DNA of 64,000 bases from Leucoraja erinacea (taxonomy: Eukaryota), in contig NC_073409.1 in the NCBI RefSeq assembly GCF_028641065.1, positions 20,274,001 to 20,338,000 of the forward strand. Direction: 5' to 3'. A program made the translations under genes and the position numbers. The notes below the pieces were generated by a model, which saw only the letters and a list, made by a program, of their open reading frames with translations, was not told where the DNA came from and did not search any database. How positions within the stretch are numbered: position 1 is the first letter of the stretch; the number at the start of each line of letters is the position of its first letter. Shown here in pieces: positions 12,174 through 25,113 of the stretch.

Positions 12174-13139
12174 GGTTTATCCTTTAGAATTGGGAGAATG
12201 TCTTTTAATTTTTTGCAATTACATTTTAGTAAACAATTTTTAATCATAATTTCTCCAACACCCCACCTAACATTTCTCTTGCAACCCATTCCCAATACAG
12301 CTATTGTGAATCTTAATAATGTCTATTCAGAAATTATAACAGATATTTACTGAATGTAGTTTCCACTGTCAACCATCTGTACATGAATTAAATGTGACAA
12401 AATTGACATGTTTTTGAAATAGTCTTCAAACAAAACCTAAAAAACAGTTCACACGTGTCAAGAACCTGTTTTGATAATTGTTGTTCCCAATTCCCACAAT
12501 CATACTGTCTATTGGTACACATGTTCACCACATTGTTTCTCAGTTTTAATATGTTTGTTTTCTCCATCATTGGAGTTGCCTTCCATGTCTTGTCATGTTG
12601 AAAAATTGTCAGGGTCAGGCAACATATATGGAGAAAAGGAATATGTAACATTTAGGGTCGATAGACGTCTTCAGTCTGAAGAAGGGCCTTGTCCCGAAAC
12701 GTCACCTGTTCGCTCTCAACTGAGAACTTTTTGTGTCTATCTTCTGACTGAGAGTCAGCGGAGAGGGTACCGAGAGATATGAAAAGGTACATAGAACGAA
12801 TGAATGAGCGATATGCAAAAAGACAGATCAGTCAGAAACAACAATCAAGGATAGATTGAGCCCACAATGGTCCATTGTTGGCTGTGGGGAATGTGATAAT
12901 TAATAATGCAAACAGTGAAACTCAGCAGGACGACAGTGAAACTAGTACAAAAACTAGGGTAGGACAGGGACAGAGGGAGGGGATGAAAGGGTTACTTGAA
13001 GTTAGAGAAATCAATATTCATACTGCTGGGTTGTCAGCTGCCCAAGCAACATATGACGTTTCCTACTGCTGTGTACATCTTTTAAAAGCACATTAACACT
13101 ATCCTACACACACATTAGGGACAATTTACATTTATACCA

Positions 13140-14066
13140 AGCCAAAGTGTGTTTTAGTTTGAAAATGCTTGGTAAATGTGTGTGTTTGGTTTGAAAATGC
13201 TTGGTAAAAGTATGTTTTGGTTTGAAAATGCTAGTGTTGCCTTGCCTAATTGAAAAGTTGGTTTGAGAATGCTAAAGTTGCCTTGACTAATTGAAAAGTT
13301 GGTTTGAGAATGCTAAAGTTGCCTTGCCATCTATATAATTAAATGTCTCATCTTGACCACTTCCTTTTTGCACTGTATATTGATTTTAGGAAAAACGATA
13401 CCACGTACGGCTGTGATTATTGGCCATCTTACTGAGAGTCCCCCTCCGCTCATCAGGTAGTGAGGATTTTTCCCATCGATTAAAAATATAAGAGTAATTA
13501 TTGTTTGAAAAATGTTGAGATTCTCTATCCTGTCAATTACACCATGAAGGTCACGCCCCTTCTGGTGGGAGGGACTATAAAACCTGGAAGTGTGGGTGTG
13601 GCTCAGTCTCTGCAAGAAGGGGGAGTGAGAGGTCACGACTCTCTGCCTTTAGTGTCCTTGCATCCTGCTTGAAATGGTATGAAACTGCACTTGAATTTTA
13701 TGGCCGTGCAACCTGCTTGAAATGGTAGGAAACTGCACTTGAATTTGATGGCCTTGCACCCTGCTTGAAGTGGAAGGAAACTGCACTTGAATTTGGTAGC
13801 CTTGCACCCTGCTTGAAGTGGCACTTCAAGGTACAGCCGTGAGTCAACTGCCAGCCCACCAGCCTTGAGTGAGTGAGCTGCCAGCACACCAGGCTTGAAT
13901 GACTGAGCCGCCAGCCCAAGAATCCATTCGGCCACAACACTCATACTAGTGCTCCAGAAAGCCCCCACCCCCCGCACACTGGCCACCAATATTGGAATTG
14001 GTGGAGAGGTGGAATATTCACCCTCCCGTGTGAAGCTGGGAAACAACGGGTCCCACTTAGTCTAGT
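13140..14066 (+). mobile_element. Non-autonomous Helitron/Helentron-like element with internal tandem repeats
   Basis: Short repeat arrays (13150-13327) and about 44-bp units (13655-13820); ends GGGTCCCACTTAGTCTAG|T; related sequences at 19080-20650. Confidence 0.5.
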
Positions 14067-14124
14067 AACAAATAAAATTAGTTTGTTACAATGAGCAGAA
14101 AATATGAAAATACAAGCTGGCAAC

Positions 14125-15150
14125 TCAGAAGGTGGATAAAAATGCTGGAGAAACTCAGCGGGCGAGGCAGCATCTATGGAGTGAAGGAAATAGGCAATGT
14201 TTGTGGTCAAAACTGCTCTTCAGACTGATGTGAGGGTGGGGGGAGGGGGGGAAGCAGGAAGAAGAAAGGAAGAGGTGGAGCCAGTGAGCTGAGGGAGAGC
14301 TGAGAAGGGGAGGAGAAAGTAGGGACTACCTGAAATTAGAGAAATCAATGTTCATACCACTGGGGTGCAAAGTGCCCAAGTGAAATATGAGGTGCTGCTC
14401 CTCCAACTGATGGTGGTCCGCAATCTGGCCATGGAGGAGGCCCAGGACAGAAAGGTTGGATTCAGAATGGGAGGGGGAGTTGAAGTGCGGAGCTGTTCGG
14501 CGAAGCGATCGCCAAGCCTACGCTTGGTCTCACCGATGTAGAGCAGCTGACATCTAGAGCAGCAGATGCAATAGATGAGGTTGAAGAAGGTGCAGGTGAA
14601 CCTCTGCCGCACCTGGAAAGACTGCTTGGGTCCTTGAACGGAGTCCAGGGGGGGAGGTAAAGCGACAAGTGTAGCATTTCCTGAGGTTGCAAGGGAAAGT
14701 GCCCAGAGAGCAGGTGGTTCAGGTGGGAAGGGACGAATTGACCAGGTAGTTCCGGAGGGAGCGGTCTCTATGGAAAGCTGACAGGAAAGGAGATGGGAAG
14801 ATGTTGCAAGTGGATGGATCACGTTGGAGGTGGCGAAAATGTCGGAGAATTATTTGTTGTATGTGACGGCTGGTAGGGTGGAAGTTGAAGACAAGGGGGA
14901 CTCGGCCCTTGTTGCGAGGTGGGGGACGAGGAGTGAGAACAGAGTCACGGGGTATAGAAGAGACCCTGGTGAGAGCCTCGTCTATAGTAAAAGAGGGGAA
15001 CCCCCGTTCCCTGAAGAATGAGGACATCTCTGATGCCCTGGTGTGGAACACCTCATCCTTGGTGCAGATGCGGCGTAGATGGAGAAATTGGGAGTAGGGG
15101 ATGGAGTCCTTACAGGAGGGAAGAAGTGTAGTCCAGATAGCCATGGGAGT
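14125..15150 (-). mobile_element. Penelope-like element fragment
   Basis: SIPYSQFL.LRRIC and LIYCICC...YIGETKR motifs; same tail family as 39004-39908. Confidence 0.85.
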
Positions 15151-15935
15151 CAGTGAGAGTTACTGACCGACATCCAGTATAAACCCACTGACTTCTTTAC
15201 TTCGGTTTCGTTTCCATTCGGTTATTTGGCTTCCACTGCTTTGCTTCGGCCTCTCATCCTTCAACGCCACGTCCACACACGGTTAAACATGGAACAGTAC
15301 AGCCCAGGAACAGGCACTTCAGTGCACAATGTCTTTGCAGAACATGTTAACAAAATAACATAATCTCCTCTCCCTTATAAATGAAGCACCATTGAACTAT
15401 TCACGCACACCAACTTTCCCACAATCTCTGCATATCCATGTGATTATTAAAAAACCTCTTAAATGTTACTATCATAAGAACCACCACCAACACCCACCAC
15501 CAAAGATCCTAGAGGAGCAAGATAGACCACTCCTTCGAAATCCAATGGACTGGCGTGTAGTACGTGACGGAACGTCACGGCCGCCATTTTTCAATGCGAC
15601 ACGCGACTTCCGGTATGCCACCCGCTGTGATCCAAAGCAAAGATTATAGAGCTCCGCTATAATCTTTGATCCAAAGCAAAGATCCTCGAGTATCTTGTAG
15701 CGGGAACAGCCCCCTCCTTTGCGTAGTTTCCCTTGCATTGTATTGCTTTAACACACACTGCACAAAATTAAATTTAACGTATACATATTATATATATTTA
15801 TATGAATGTGTGTCTGTGGGTGAGAGGCAAGTTAGAGATAGTTAAGTTTATTCTCATGGATCAGAAGCAACTTTGATTTAAATAATCACTATTAATTTAT
15901 TTGTCTTGTAAGATGATATACATAAACCATAAAGG

Positions 15936-18203
15936 NNNNNNNNNNNNNNNNNNNNNNNNNNNNNNNNNNNNNNNNNNNNNNNNNNNNNNNNNNNNNNNNN
16001 NNNNNNNNNNNNNNNNNNNNNNNNNNNNNNNNNNNNNNNNNNNNNNNNNNNNNNNNNNNNNNNNNNNNNNNNNNNNCATATGGATACATTTNNNNNNNNN
16101 NNNNNNNNNNNNNNNNNNNNNNNNNNNNNNNNNNNNNNNNNNNNNNNNNNNNNNNNNNNNNNNNNNNNNNNNNNNNNNNNNNNNNNNNNNNNNNNNNNNN
16201 NNNNNNNNNNNNNNNNNNNNGTAGAGGAACCAACGAGAGAGCAGGCTATTTTAGACTGGGTATTGAGTAATGAGGAAGGGTTAGTTAGCAATCTTGTTGT
16301 ACGTGCCCCCTTGGGCAAGAGTGACCATAATATGGTTGAGTTCTTCATTAGGCAGGCAGTGACTAGTGGGGTACCGCAAGGCTCAGTGCTGGGACCCCAG
16401 CTATTTACAATATATATTAATGATCTGGATGAGGGAATTGAAGGCAATATCTCCGAGTTTGCGGATGACACTAAGCTGGGGGGCAGTGTTAGCTGTGAGG
16501 AGGATGCTAGGAGACTGCAAGGTGACTTGGATAGGCTGGGTGAGTGGGCAAATGTTTGGCAGATGCAGTATAATGTGGATAAATGTGAGGTTATCCATTT
16601 TGGTGGCAAAAACAGGAAAGCAGACTATTATCTAAATGGCGGCCGACTAGGAAAAGGGGAGATGCAGCGAGACCTGGGTGTCATGGTACACCAGTCATTG
16701 AAAGTAGGCATGCAGGTGCAGCAGGCAGTGAAGAAAGCGAATGGTATGTTAGCTTTCATAGCGAAAGGATTTGAGTATAGGAGCAGGGAGTTTCTACTGC
16801 AGTTGTACAGTGTCTTGGTGAGACCACACCTGGAGTATTGCGTACAGTTTTGGTCTCCAAATCTGAGGAAGGACATTATTGCCATAGAGGGAGTGCAGAG
16901 AAGGTTCACCAGACTGATTCCTGGGATGTCAGGACTGTCTTATGAAGAAAGACTGGATACACTTGGTTTATACTCTCTAGAATTTAGGAGATTGAGTGGG
17001 GATCTTATAGAAACTTACAAAATTCTTAAGGGGTTGGACAGACTAGATGCAGGAAGATTGCTCCCGATGTTGGGGAAGTCCAGGACAAGGGGTCACAGCT
17101 TAAGGATAAGGGGGAAATCCTTTAAAACCGAGATGAGAAGAACCTTTTTCACACAGAGAGTGGTGAATCTCTGGAACTCTCTGCCGCAGAGGGTAGTCGA
17201 GGCCAGTTCATTGGCTATATTAAAGAGGGAGTTAGATGTGGCCCTTGTGGCTAAGGGGATCAGAGGGTATGGAGAGAAGGCAGGTACGGGATACTGAGTT
17301 GGATGATCAGCCATGATCATATTGAATGGCGGTGCAGGCTTGAAGGGCCGAATGGCCTACTCCTGCACCTAATTTCTATGTTTCTATGTTTCTATTATTT
17401 TCCAACGATCAATAGATTTACGATCAGTTCCTGTGGATTGGAGGATAGCTAATGCTATCCCACTTTTCAAGAAAGGAGCGAGAGAGAAAACGGGGAATTA
17501 CAGACCAGTTAGCCTGACTTTGGTGGTGTGAAAGATGCTGGGGTCAATTATTAAAGATGTAATAATGGGGCATTTGGATAGCAGTAAAAGGATTAGTCCA
17601 AGTCAACATGGATTTATGATTTTACAATGCATTTAAGCCTCTCCCATTTTTATGAGATGAATTCCTGGAATATGTAGGAAGTTTATTGTAACCTAGTGCT
17701 ACTTGCCTGAACAATGGATGATATATCACTTAAATGCAATTGTTTTCAGTTGTGTGGAGAGACCTGTATATTGAAAATGCGTTTTGCCTCTAATATGTCA
17801 ATTTACCTTAAATGTAGAAGAGCTTATTAAAATCTTCTTACAAAGACCATTAAGTATTTTCTATCTATCCTCTTTTGGACCCAAGGCATAGCAGAGCTGC
17901 CAACTCTCACGAAGAGGTANNNNNNNNNNNNNNNNNNNNNNNNNNNNNNNNNNNNNNNNNNNNNNNNNNNNNNNNNNNNNNNNNNNNNNNNNNNNNNNNN
18001 NNNNNNNNNNNNNNNNNNNNNNNNNNNNNNNNNNNNNNNNNNNNNNNNNNNNNNNNNNNNNNNNNNNNNNNNNNNNNNNNNNNNNNNNNNNNNNNNNNNN
18101 NNNNNNNNNNNNNNNNNNNNNNNNNNNNNNNNNNNNNNNNNNNNNNNNNNNNNNNNNNNNNNNNNNNNNNNNNNNNNNNNNNNNNNNNNNNNNNNNNNNN
18201 NNN
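15936..18203. other. Region containing three assembly gaps (15936-16076, 16092-16220, 17920-18203)
   Basis: Runs of N. Confidence 0.99.
16221..17395 (+). mobile_element. CR1 LINE 3' part (APE fragment joined directly to RT)
   Basis: FADDTKL, CR1 tail; adjacent to N gaps. Confidence 0.85.
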
Positions 18204-20649
18204 AGAGGGGGAGAGGGGGGGAGGGGAGAAAGGGGAGAGGGAGAAGGGGAGAAGAGGAAGAGGGAGAGTGGAACGATAGCACATTATAACGTGCAGCCGT
18301 CCCATTCCGACCAAAGATTATAGAGCAGAGCTCCACTAGTATCTTTGATTGCGGCCGCCGCCACCGAACCCCCCGACCCACCATTGCACCCAAAGATGAT
18401 AGAGCAGAGTTATATAATATTTGATTGCACCCTTCTTCACGGCGGGCTTGTGATCTTTGCTTGTGATGTCTTGTATGTATGTGAGTGTTGTTTGCTATGT
18501 CCCTATGTTTGAGGAATATAATGGGTAACAGCCGCCCATTCTCAGACTTGAATCCGAGCTCGAAAAATCTCCTGGTCACTGGACCTAATGTGTCCGCGGG
18601 CCATATTGTGGAGACCAATCGCTTACAAAACAAAACCAAAAACGTACAGAAGTGTTAAAATTGTCTTTATTATTGTGGTGAGTAAAGAACTATTAAAAAT
18701 AAGTCTAATAACTTTCTAATGTACCGACAAACCTAGTTTCCCAATGGCCGTTGATGGGAGAACAGAAAATAACATTTTCACGACAGAATATCGACTGAAA
18801 ATAATAAAAATATTTTCTCACCTTTCTTTTTTATTGGGGAACCTAAAGAATGACAGGTCGGGTCGTTTAGATTTACGATTAGAATACTTGATAGCAGAGC
18901 AGTGAGATGGAATTTAGATAAGGACGCCATGACAGTGTGGGGGAAGCCCAATAAATGCCTCGAAAAATGGCGTCGACGATCACACACGTCATACTACGCG
19001 TTTTTCGAGGAGTGGTCTATCTTGCTCCTCTAGGATCTTTGCCCACCACTGTCTGTAACAAAACTGCACATCTATACAATTACTAAAACTCTCATATTGT
19101 CCTCTTCCGGTTTAGCATTGTTTTATAATTTGTGCAAAAATGGTAACATATCGCTTGGATTGTTTTGCCCCCGTACTCACCGTTCACCTCTGCTCCACGC
19201 GCACCAAGTTTTGTTCTGATCGGTGGAATATTACAAAAGTTATGAGGGTTTTAAAATCATGAGATCAGCAGATTGGTCTTCTCGCCTGTCAGTCGGCAGG
19301 AAGGTAACGCCCCTTCTGGCACCTGCTGTCAATCACCAGGGCGAGCAGAATAAAGCCCCGGTGGCTGGGCGTGAGTCCAGAAGTCGGGCGCGAGTCAGTC
19401 AGTCCAGAAGCCCAGAAGCCGTGAGTGTGAACCGAGTCCAGAGAGTGAGTGAGAGTCGAGTTCAACAGCCGTGAATGAGTGAACTGTGAGCCCAGAAGCC
19501 GTGACTGAGTGAACCAGAAGACGTGACTGAGTAAACTGTGAGTCCCAAAGCCACGACTGTGAACTGTGGGTTCAGAAGAGCGAGTGAGTGAACTGTGAGT
19601 CCAGAAGCCGCCCTGTGCGCGGAGGCGGCAGAGAGCGAGGAGCCTGCCCGATTGCAATAAACTCGAGATCCAAGGGAAGTCTGAGAGTGGGGGGATTGAT
19701 GGAGCCAGGCACTGGTGGGGCCGGGCGCTAGTGGGGCTCACCACCCCCACCACACTCCCCTCACAAACCCTCCCAGCAGTAGGCCACGACAGCGCTGCCA
19801 TCACCGGCCCCTGCCTGAACCTGTCCCCCTCCCCCGGCTACAGAACGCTCCTGCCAGCCCCTACCTGAAGCCTCCCTGTCCCCAGCTACAGGACTAGCCA
19901 AAGAATTCATTCAGTCCACAATGTCCATACTAGCCTCTGCAAACCAGTCCCTTCGGCCCACAACACCCATATTAGCAAGATCCCCCCAACTGGCCACCAT
20001 CTGAAGCCGTCCCCCTCCCCAGCTGCAGGACGCTCTCCCCTCCCCCACCAGCCCCTGACTGCCCCACCTGAAGCCGTGACCTGCCCAGGCTACAGGATGC
20101 TACCCCATCGGCCCACGACAGCCCCCACCTGAAGCCGACCCCCTCCCCTGGCTGCAGAACGCAACAAGAGACACAACAATAAAGAATGCACTTATTAAAT
20201 CTCCTCTTTAACGTTAAAATTGTTGTCATATTTTAAGTTATTCACATTTTAAGCTTTAATAAATCCTTTTCCCACTTGCTGTGCCCATCAGCTGCACCTG
20301 CGCAGTAATACCTGCGTGTTCTACGTCACAGTGGGAACCCAATGGAAGGGAATGGCTGCTCCGCTGGAGAAACGCTAAGAGAGGGGGGGGGGGGGGGGGC
20401 GGGTGGTGGGTTGAGGGGGGGATGGAGTGAGTGCATGGGAGCGGGGGAATGGCAAGGGGAGGAGAGGGGGTGTGAGGGGAGGAGGGTGGATCAGGGGCGT
20501 CACACCGGGGATCCGTCAGCCATGCCCGTGCAGTTGGGAGCTATGCGTGAGTGGTGGAATATTGGAATTGGTGGAGAGATGGAATATTGCGTTAGGGGAC
20601 CAGGCCTCCCGTGTGAGAATGGAGTCCATCTTCAGTTAAAACAGTTTAT

Positions 20650-22000
20650 AGATTATCTGGTGATTTGTGCATGGGAGCTTGTGTGCGTTCCGCAGACAAC
20701 CAGACGGTAATAAATAAAACGTGCTTCTTGTCGATGGGGGTAGTGGGAGGAGATAAAATTGTTCATTGTCATCCACCAGGGAATGTGTGTGTGTCCCCAT
20801 GTTTTAGAAGCGATTTACTATGCCCCGAGCCGTCTGGCCCTGTGGCCGGGGTGGGGGGTGAATCACCCGGTGTGGGTGTCAGAATCCGGGGGATGGAGGT
20901 GTGGGGGGTCGTGGACAGGGGAATCACCTTGGTATGGGGGTAGGGGTCCAATGGCGGTGCATCGTGGTTAGTGACTCTGGGTGGGCGGAGGTGATTCTGT
21001 CTGTCCCACAATTGCCGACTACTTCAAGTAGCAAAATTTATGACAAACCATTTCTAATTCGTTCCATCCAATTTTTGCAATAGCCCCGCGTGTCTCAACC
21101 TGCCCAACCTCTTACCCAGTCCCAAGTGTCTCAACGCGGCTGCCTTCTTAACCAGTCCCAGGTATCTCAACCCGGCGGACTCTGTAATCGAGACCCGTGT
21201 ATCTCAACCTGGCAGACTCTAATAAAAAAAATTTAAAAGCAAAAAAACACACAATTGGTCTTACCATTGTCTGCATCTAAGAACCTCGGTGGGGAACCAA
21301 ATCAACTGGAGACGAAGGACCACAGATGTTCCCGGGGGTTTCTACGGGTGTCGGTCTTACAAGATAGAGCTCAGTTGTCTCCCTTCCAATCCCAGTAACA
21401 TCTGTAACCTCTTGCACTTTCAGCTGTTGATGGTGTCCCAGCGAGGCCTGCCAAAAAAGACCAATGTAAAGAGGTTACTTAAACAAACAGGTTCACTTCT
21501 TAATAAACAGACAACTCACAACACGGTTTGGTAGATCAATTCAAAATTTTACTAATTATCAGCAGGTGGAAGTGGCAAGGATAACCCCAGCTAATGGAGC
21601 AACACAGACCTTTGGCTGTCCTCTCTCCACTTCCCTGAACACAGAATTACATGGTATTATATACTATTATTTTGTCACCTAAGCACATTCTAAAGACATT
21701 AGTCATGGTCAGAGGTACAGAGCATACACATTACTACAGGGTGTGTCTGGGTTTGTCTCATCAATCATCAGTCGCATCAAAGGAATCTTGTCACGTGGTT
21801 CAAGGCACTTACAAATCAAAGGCATTGGATATTGGTACAAGGCACTTGCATATCAAAGTCATCAGTCACTGCATACCTCTCAAAGGCATCGGACATTGTC
21901 TCAATACCCCTTACTGGGATTAATCTGGGCTTCATCTCTCATAAATTGGTAGATGCATTTCAAAGTCATCGGTCATTATCTCAATACACAGCAACCTGGT
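20650..22000 (-). mobile_element. ERV-like LTR plus leader fragment
   Basis: PBS-like TGGTTCCCCACCGAGG (minus strand, 21284-21299), downstream donor AATG|GTAAG, short tandem leader repeats; LTR part matches 27200-27340 in reverse. Confidence 0.45.
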
Positions 22001-24375
22001 ATTTATATATAAATATATAAAATATAAGAGATTCACAAATGTATATTGCAGAAGTAAATTTGTCATCCTTGCCTCGTCTGATTTAGAGTTGACCACAGAC
22101 CAATCTGCTACAATGTGGTTGATTTTTGACTGCCCTCTCTACTCCTTTGTGTTAAACCACTCTGCAATGTTGGATACCTCCAACACATAGACTTCAATAG
22201 TTCACAAAGGGTTCTCACCATCATCGTTATAAGGGCGGATATCATTGGTAATAAAGGCAGGTTGAAAGTGCTGTGAGTGAGATAGCAGCCCACACAGAAT
22301 CACGGCTTTTCATCCATCTGCTCCTGATCTGAAGGACACTCTGGACACCAAATGCTCAGTGTTAAATCCTAGACTTAACAGACAAGAATCACGACACTGT
22401 TAATATGATTGCGAAGCTGATTATTTTGTGACTGGCTGCAACGTAATACGGTACAACACAAGAACGAGCCCCTTTGGCCCAAAATATCTGGGACGAATAT
22501 GATGCCAAAAAAATCTCTCGTCCACCTGCGAATGATCCATATCTTTCCATTCCCTGCATATCCATGTGCCTGCCTATCCAATATCCTCTTAAATGCCTCT
22601 ATAGTATCTGCCTCAATCACTAACCCAGGCACTCACCAGCCTCAGTGTAAAACAAGTTTCCTCCCACATCTCCTTTAAACCTTGCCCGTCTCACCTTCAC
22701 AGCTATTCATTCTCGTATATGATTGTGCCATCCTGGGAAGAATGTTCTAACTGTTTCTATCCCTCTCATAATTCGATATACTTCTATCAGGTCTCCCCTC
22801 AACCTACAACTTTCAGGAGAAAACAATCCAAGTGTGTCCAAACTTTCCCTGTAGCAAATACCCCATAATCCGGTGGATTCTGGTGAAGATTTAGGACTGA
22901 CATGAGGAAAAGCATTCTCATCAAGAGAGTTGTGAATCTGTGGGATTTTCTGCCACAGAAGACAGTGGAAGCCAATTAATTGGATGCATTCGAGTGAGTT
23001 GGATATAACTCTTAGGGCTAAATGAATCAAGGAATATAGGGTGAAAGCAGGAACGGGGTACTGATTCTGGTTGATCAGCCATGATCATATTCAATGGAGG
23101 TGCTGGCTCGACTATTTTCTATGTGTCTATGTTTCGAACCTCATCTGCACCATTTCCAAAGCGTCCACATCCTTCTTGTAATGGGCTTATCACAACACCA
23201 TACAACACTCCAAAAGCAGCCAAAGCAAAGGTTATCAAAGTTGCACCATGACACACTAAATCTTATTTTCAATATCCTGAAGGCAACCGTTCCAGTGCAC
23301 ATGCCGTGCACTTATTTTCTGTGAATCCTTTGCAATCGGTTTCAATGGAAAAAATGTCCCAGTTTTCTGTCAATATTTCAGAGAAGGCATAAGAAGGTAA
23401 AAGGTGAGTAACACAAACACGAGAACGGAACGAAGGGAAATAATTAACAGGGAGAAAGCAAACTAACAGGTTACTCGAGAGAAGGAAACACCCAGCGTAT
23501 TTGTACTTGGTAAAATAAAGTGTAATTGAAGGTTTACCAGATGAGCAAAATCTACTTCCAGTAAATTCAATTCTCTTCTTGACTATAACAACTGTACTGA
23601 ATATCTCCTTCATTGAGCAGAGTAGTTAATTATAAATAAATCATTTTATTAAACTAAGTTATTAGAATATTAAACAATTTCCACAGAGAAAATTCACTTC
23701 TGTAATTAGACACAAAATGTTGGAGTAACTCAGCGGGACAGGCACCATCTCTGCAGAGAAGGAATGGGTGACCTTTCGGGTCGAGACTCTTCTTCAGACG
23801 GCTGAAGATGGTCCGAAGCAAAGATCCTATAGCAGAGCGGTAGGATCTTTGGTCCGAAGAAGGGTCCGGACCCAAAAAGCCACCCGCTCCTTCTCTCGAG
23901 TGATGCTGCCTGTCCCGCTGAGTTGCTCCAGTTTTTCTTGTGTAAACCAGCATCTGTAGTTCCTTGCTACACATTCACCCGTTAGCCTGTGGCCACTATC
24001 TACCAACAAACTCCTGAGGTGTCAACTCTGTGGCACCTTTGCAAGAAACACACAGATGTAGGGGGAAGGGCAGTGGGCGGAGTTATTTGAAATAACTCGT
24101 CCATGCAACAATATTATCGGGTATTTCTCGGAATCTCGAGATAAACTGTTTGCGACTCAAAGCAGCGATGACTTAGAGGAAACAATCCAACTAGACTCGT
24201 CGTCAGGGACAACAGAAAGCGAGCAGGATTGTGAATAAAACAGTGAATAAGGATTAATATTATGCAGCGCTGTATTTTGGATCAGCCAGTTGAAAGGTGC
24301 CAAATAATTTTTCTTTGCGGTGAACTCAACGACCGGGAAGTTAATACTTTCTTTCAGATCAGCAAGTACCAGATA

Positions 24376-24770
24376 TAGGGTGATTTCACCAAATGTCAAA
24401 TGAGCGTAGATCCCCCCTCACGTGACCGAAAATTTTAACTGGAGGACATATGTCACTTCGGTACATGTTAGTGAATGGGGAAACACGCACTTTCCCACCC
24501 GTTAAAAACATGGAAAACGGCCGATTTTAGAGCTGAAATTTTCTGTGCTAGTCGGGGTGACCGTGAAGCACAGCGACCTACATTTTCAGGCAAATAAAAA
24601 GATAGAAAGTAAGGTAATTACAAGAGGGAACTGAAGGTGGAAAACAGCGGAAGTGAACAGCCGACATTTGCCGTGGAGATTTAAAGATCCAAAATATCGG
24701 GAATTATCGCGTTTGCTCGCTGAATTTCATCAAAAGTAAGGCATTATTAACTTCTAGTAAAATCTGCAAG
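24376..24770. mobile_element. DNA transposon end fragment
   Basis: Begins ATAGGGTGATTTCAC; reverse-complement similarity to 30270-30485; absent from unit 2 at about 54423. Confidence 0.55.
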
Positions 24771-24789
24771 AACAAAATATTTTTCTGCC

Positions 24790-25113
24790 CTTATTTCCAA
24801 AAACGCTCATAGGCATAAGCTCAGGGGTGACTGCGCCTTTGCAGTTGCAGCTCCTAGACTGTGGAACAGCATCCCTCTTCCCATCAGAACTGCCCCCTCC
24901 ATCGACTCTTTTAATTCGAGACTTATAACTCATCTTTACTCTCAAGCCTTTCTTGACGTCCTCTGAGGGAGGGCTATATGTATGTATTTATGTATGTACT
25001 TAATCTATGAACCACTGTTGTATAATGTTAGTACCTCCACCAATGTAAAGCACTTTGGTCAACGAGAGTTGTTTTTTAAATGTGCTATAGAAATAAAAGT
25101 GACTTGACTTGAC
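24790..25113 (+). mobile_element. L2-like LINE 3' end
   Basis: tgtaaagcactttg...tgtgctatagaaataaa followed by a (GACTT)n tail. Confidence 0.55.

Larger units (their letters stand above)
15501..19041. mobile_element. DNA transposon with CAAAG termini and 8-bp TSD (P-superfamily-like); spans gaps and a nested CR1
   Basis: About 33-bp TIR CAAAGATCCTAGAGGAGCAAGATAGACCACTCC at both ends; TSD CCCACCAC (15493-15500, 19042-19049). Confidence 0.8.

Noticed and set aside
13140-13830. Regularly spaced repeats resembling a CRISPR array
   Set aside because: Head-to-tail tandem units with no unique spacers, inside a eukaryotic transposon; no cas genes.
16080-17297. Novel APE-RT fusion ORF of 405 aa
   Set aside because: It runs through N gaps and is an internally deleted or misjoined CR1.
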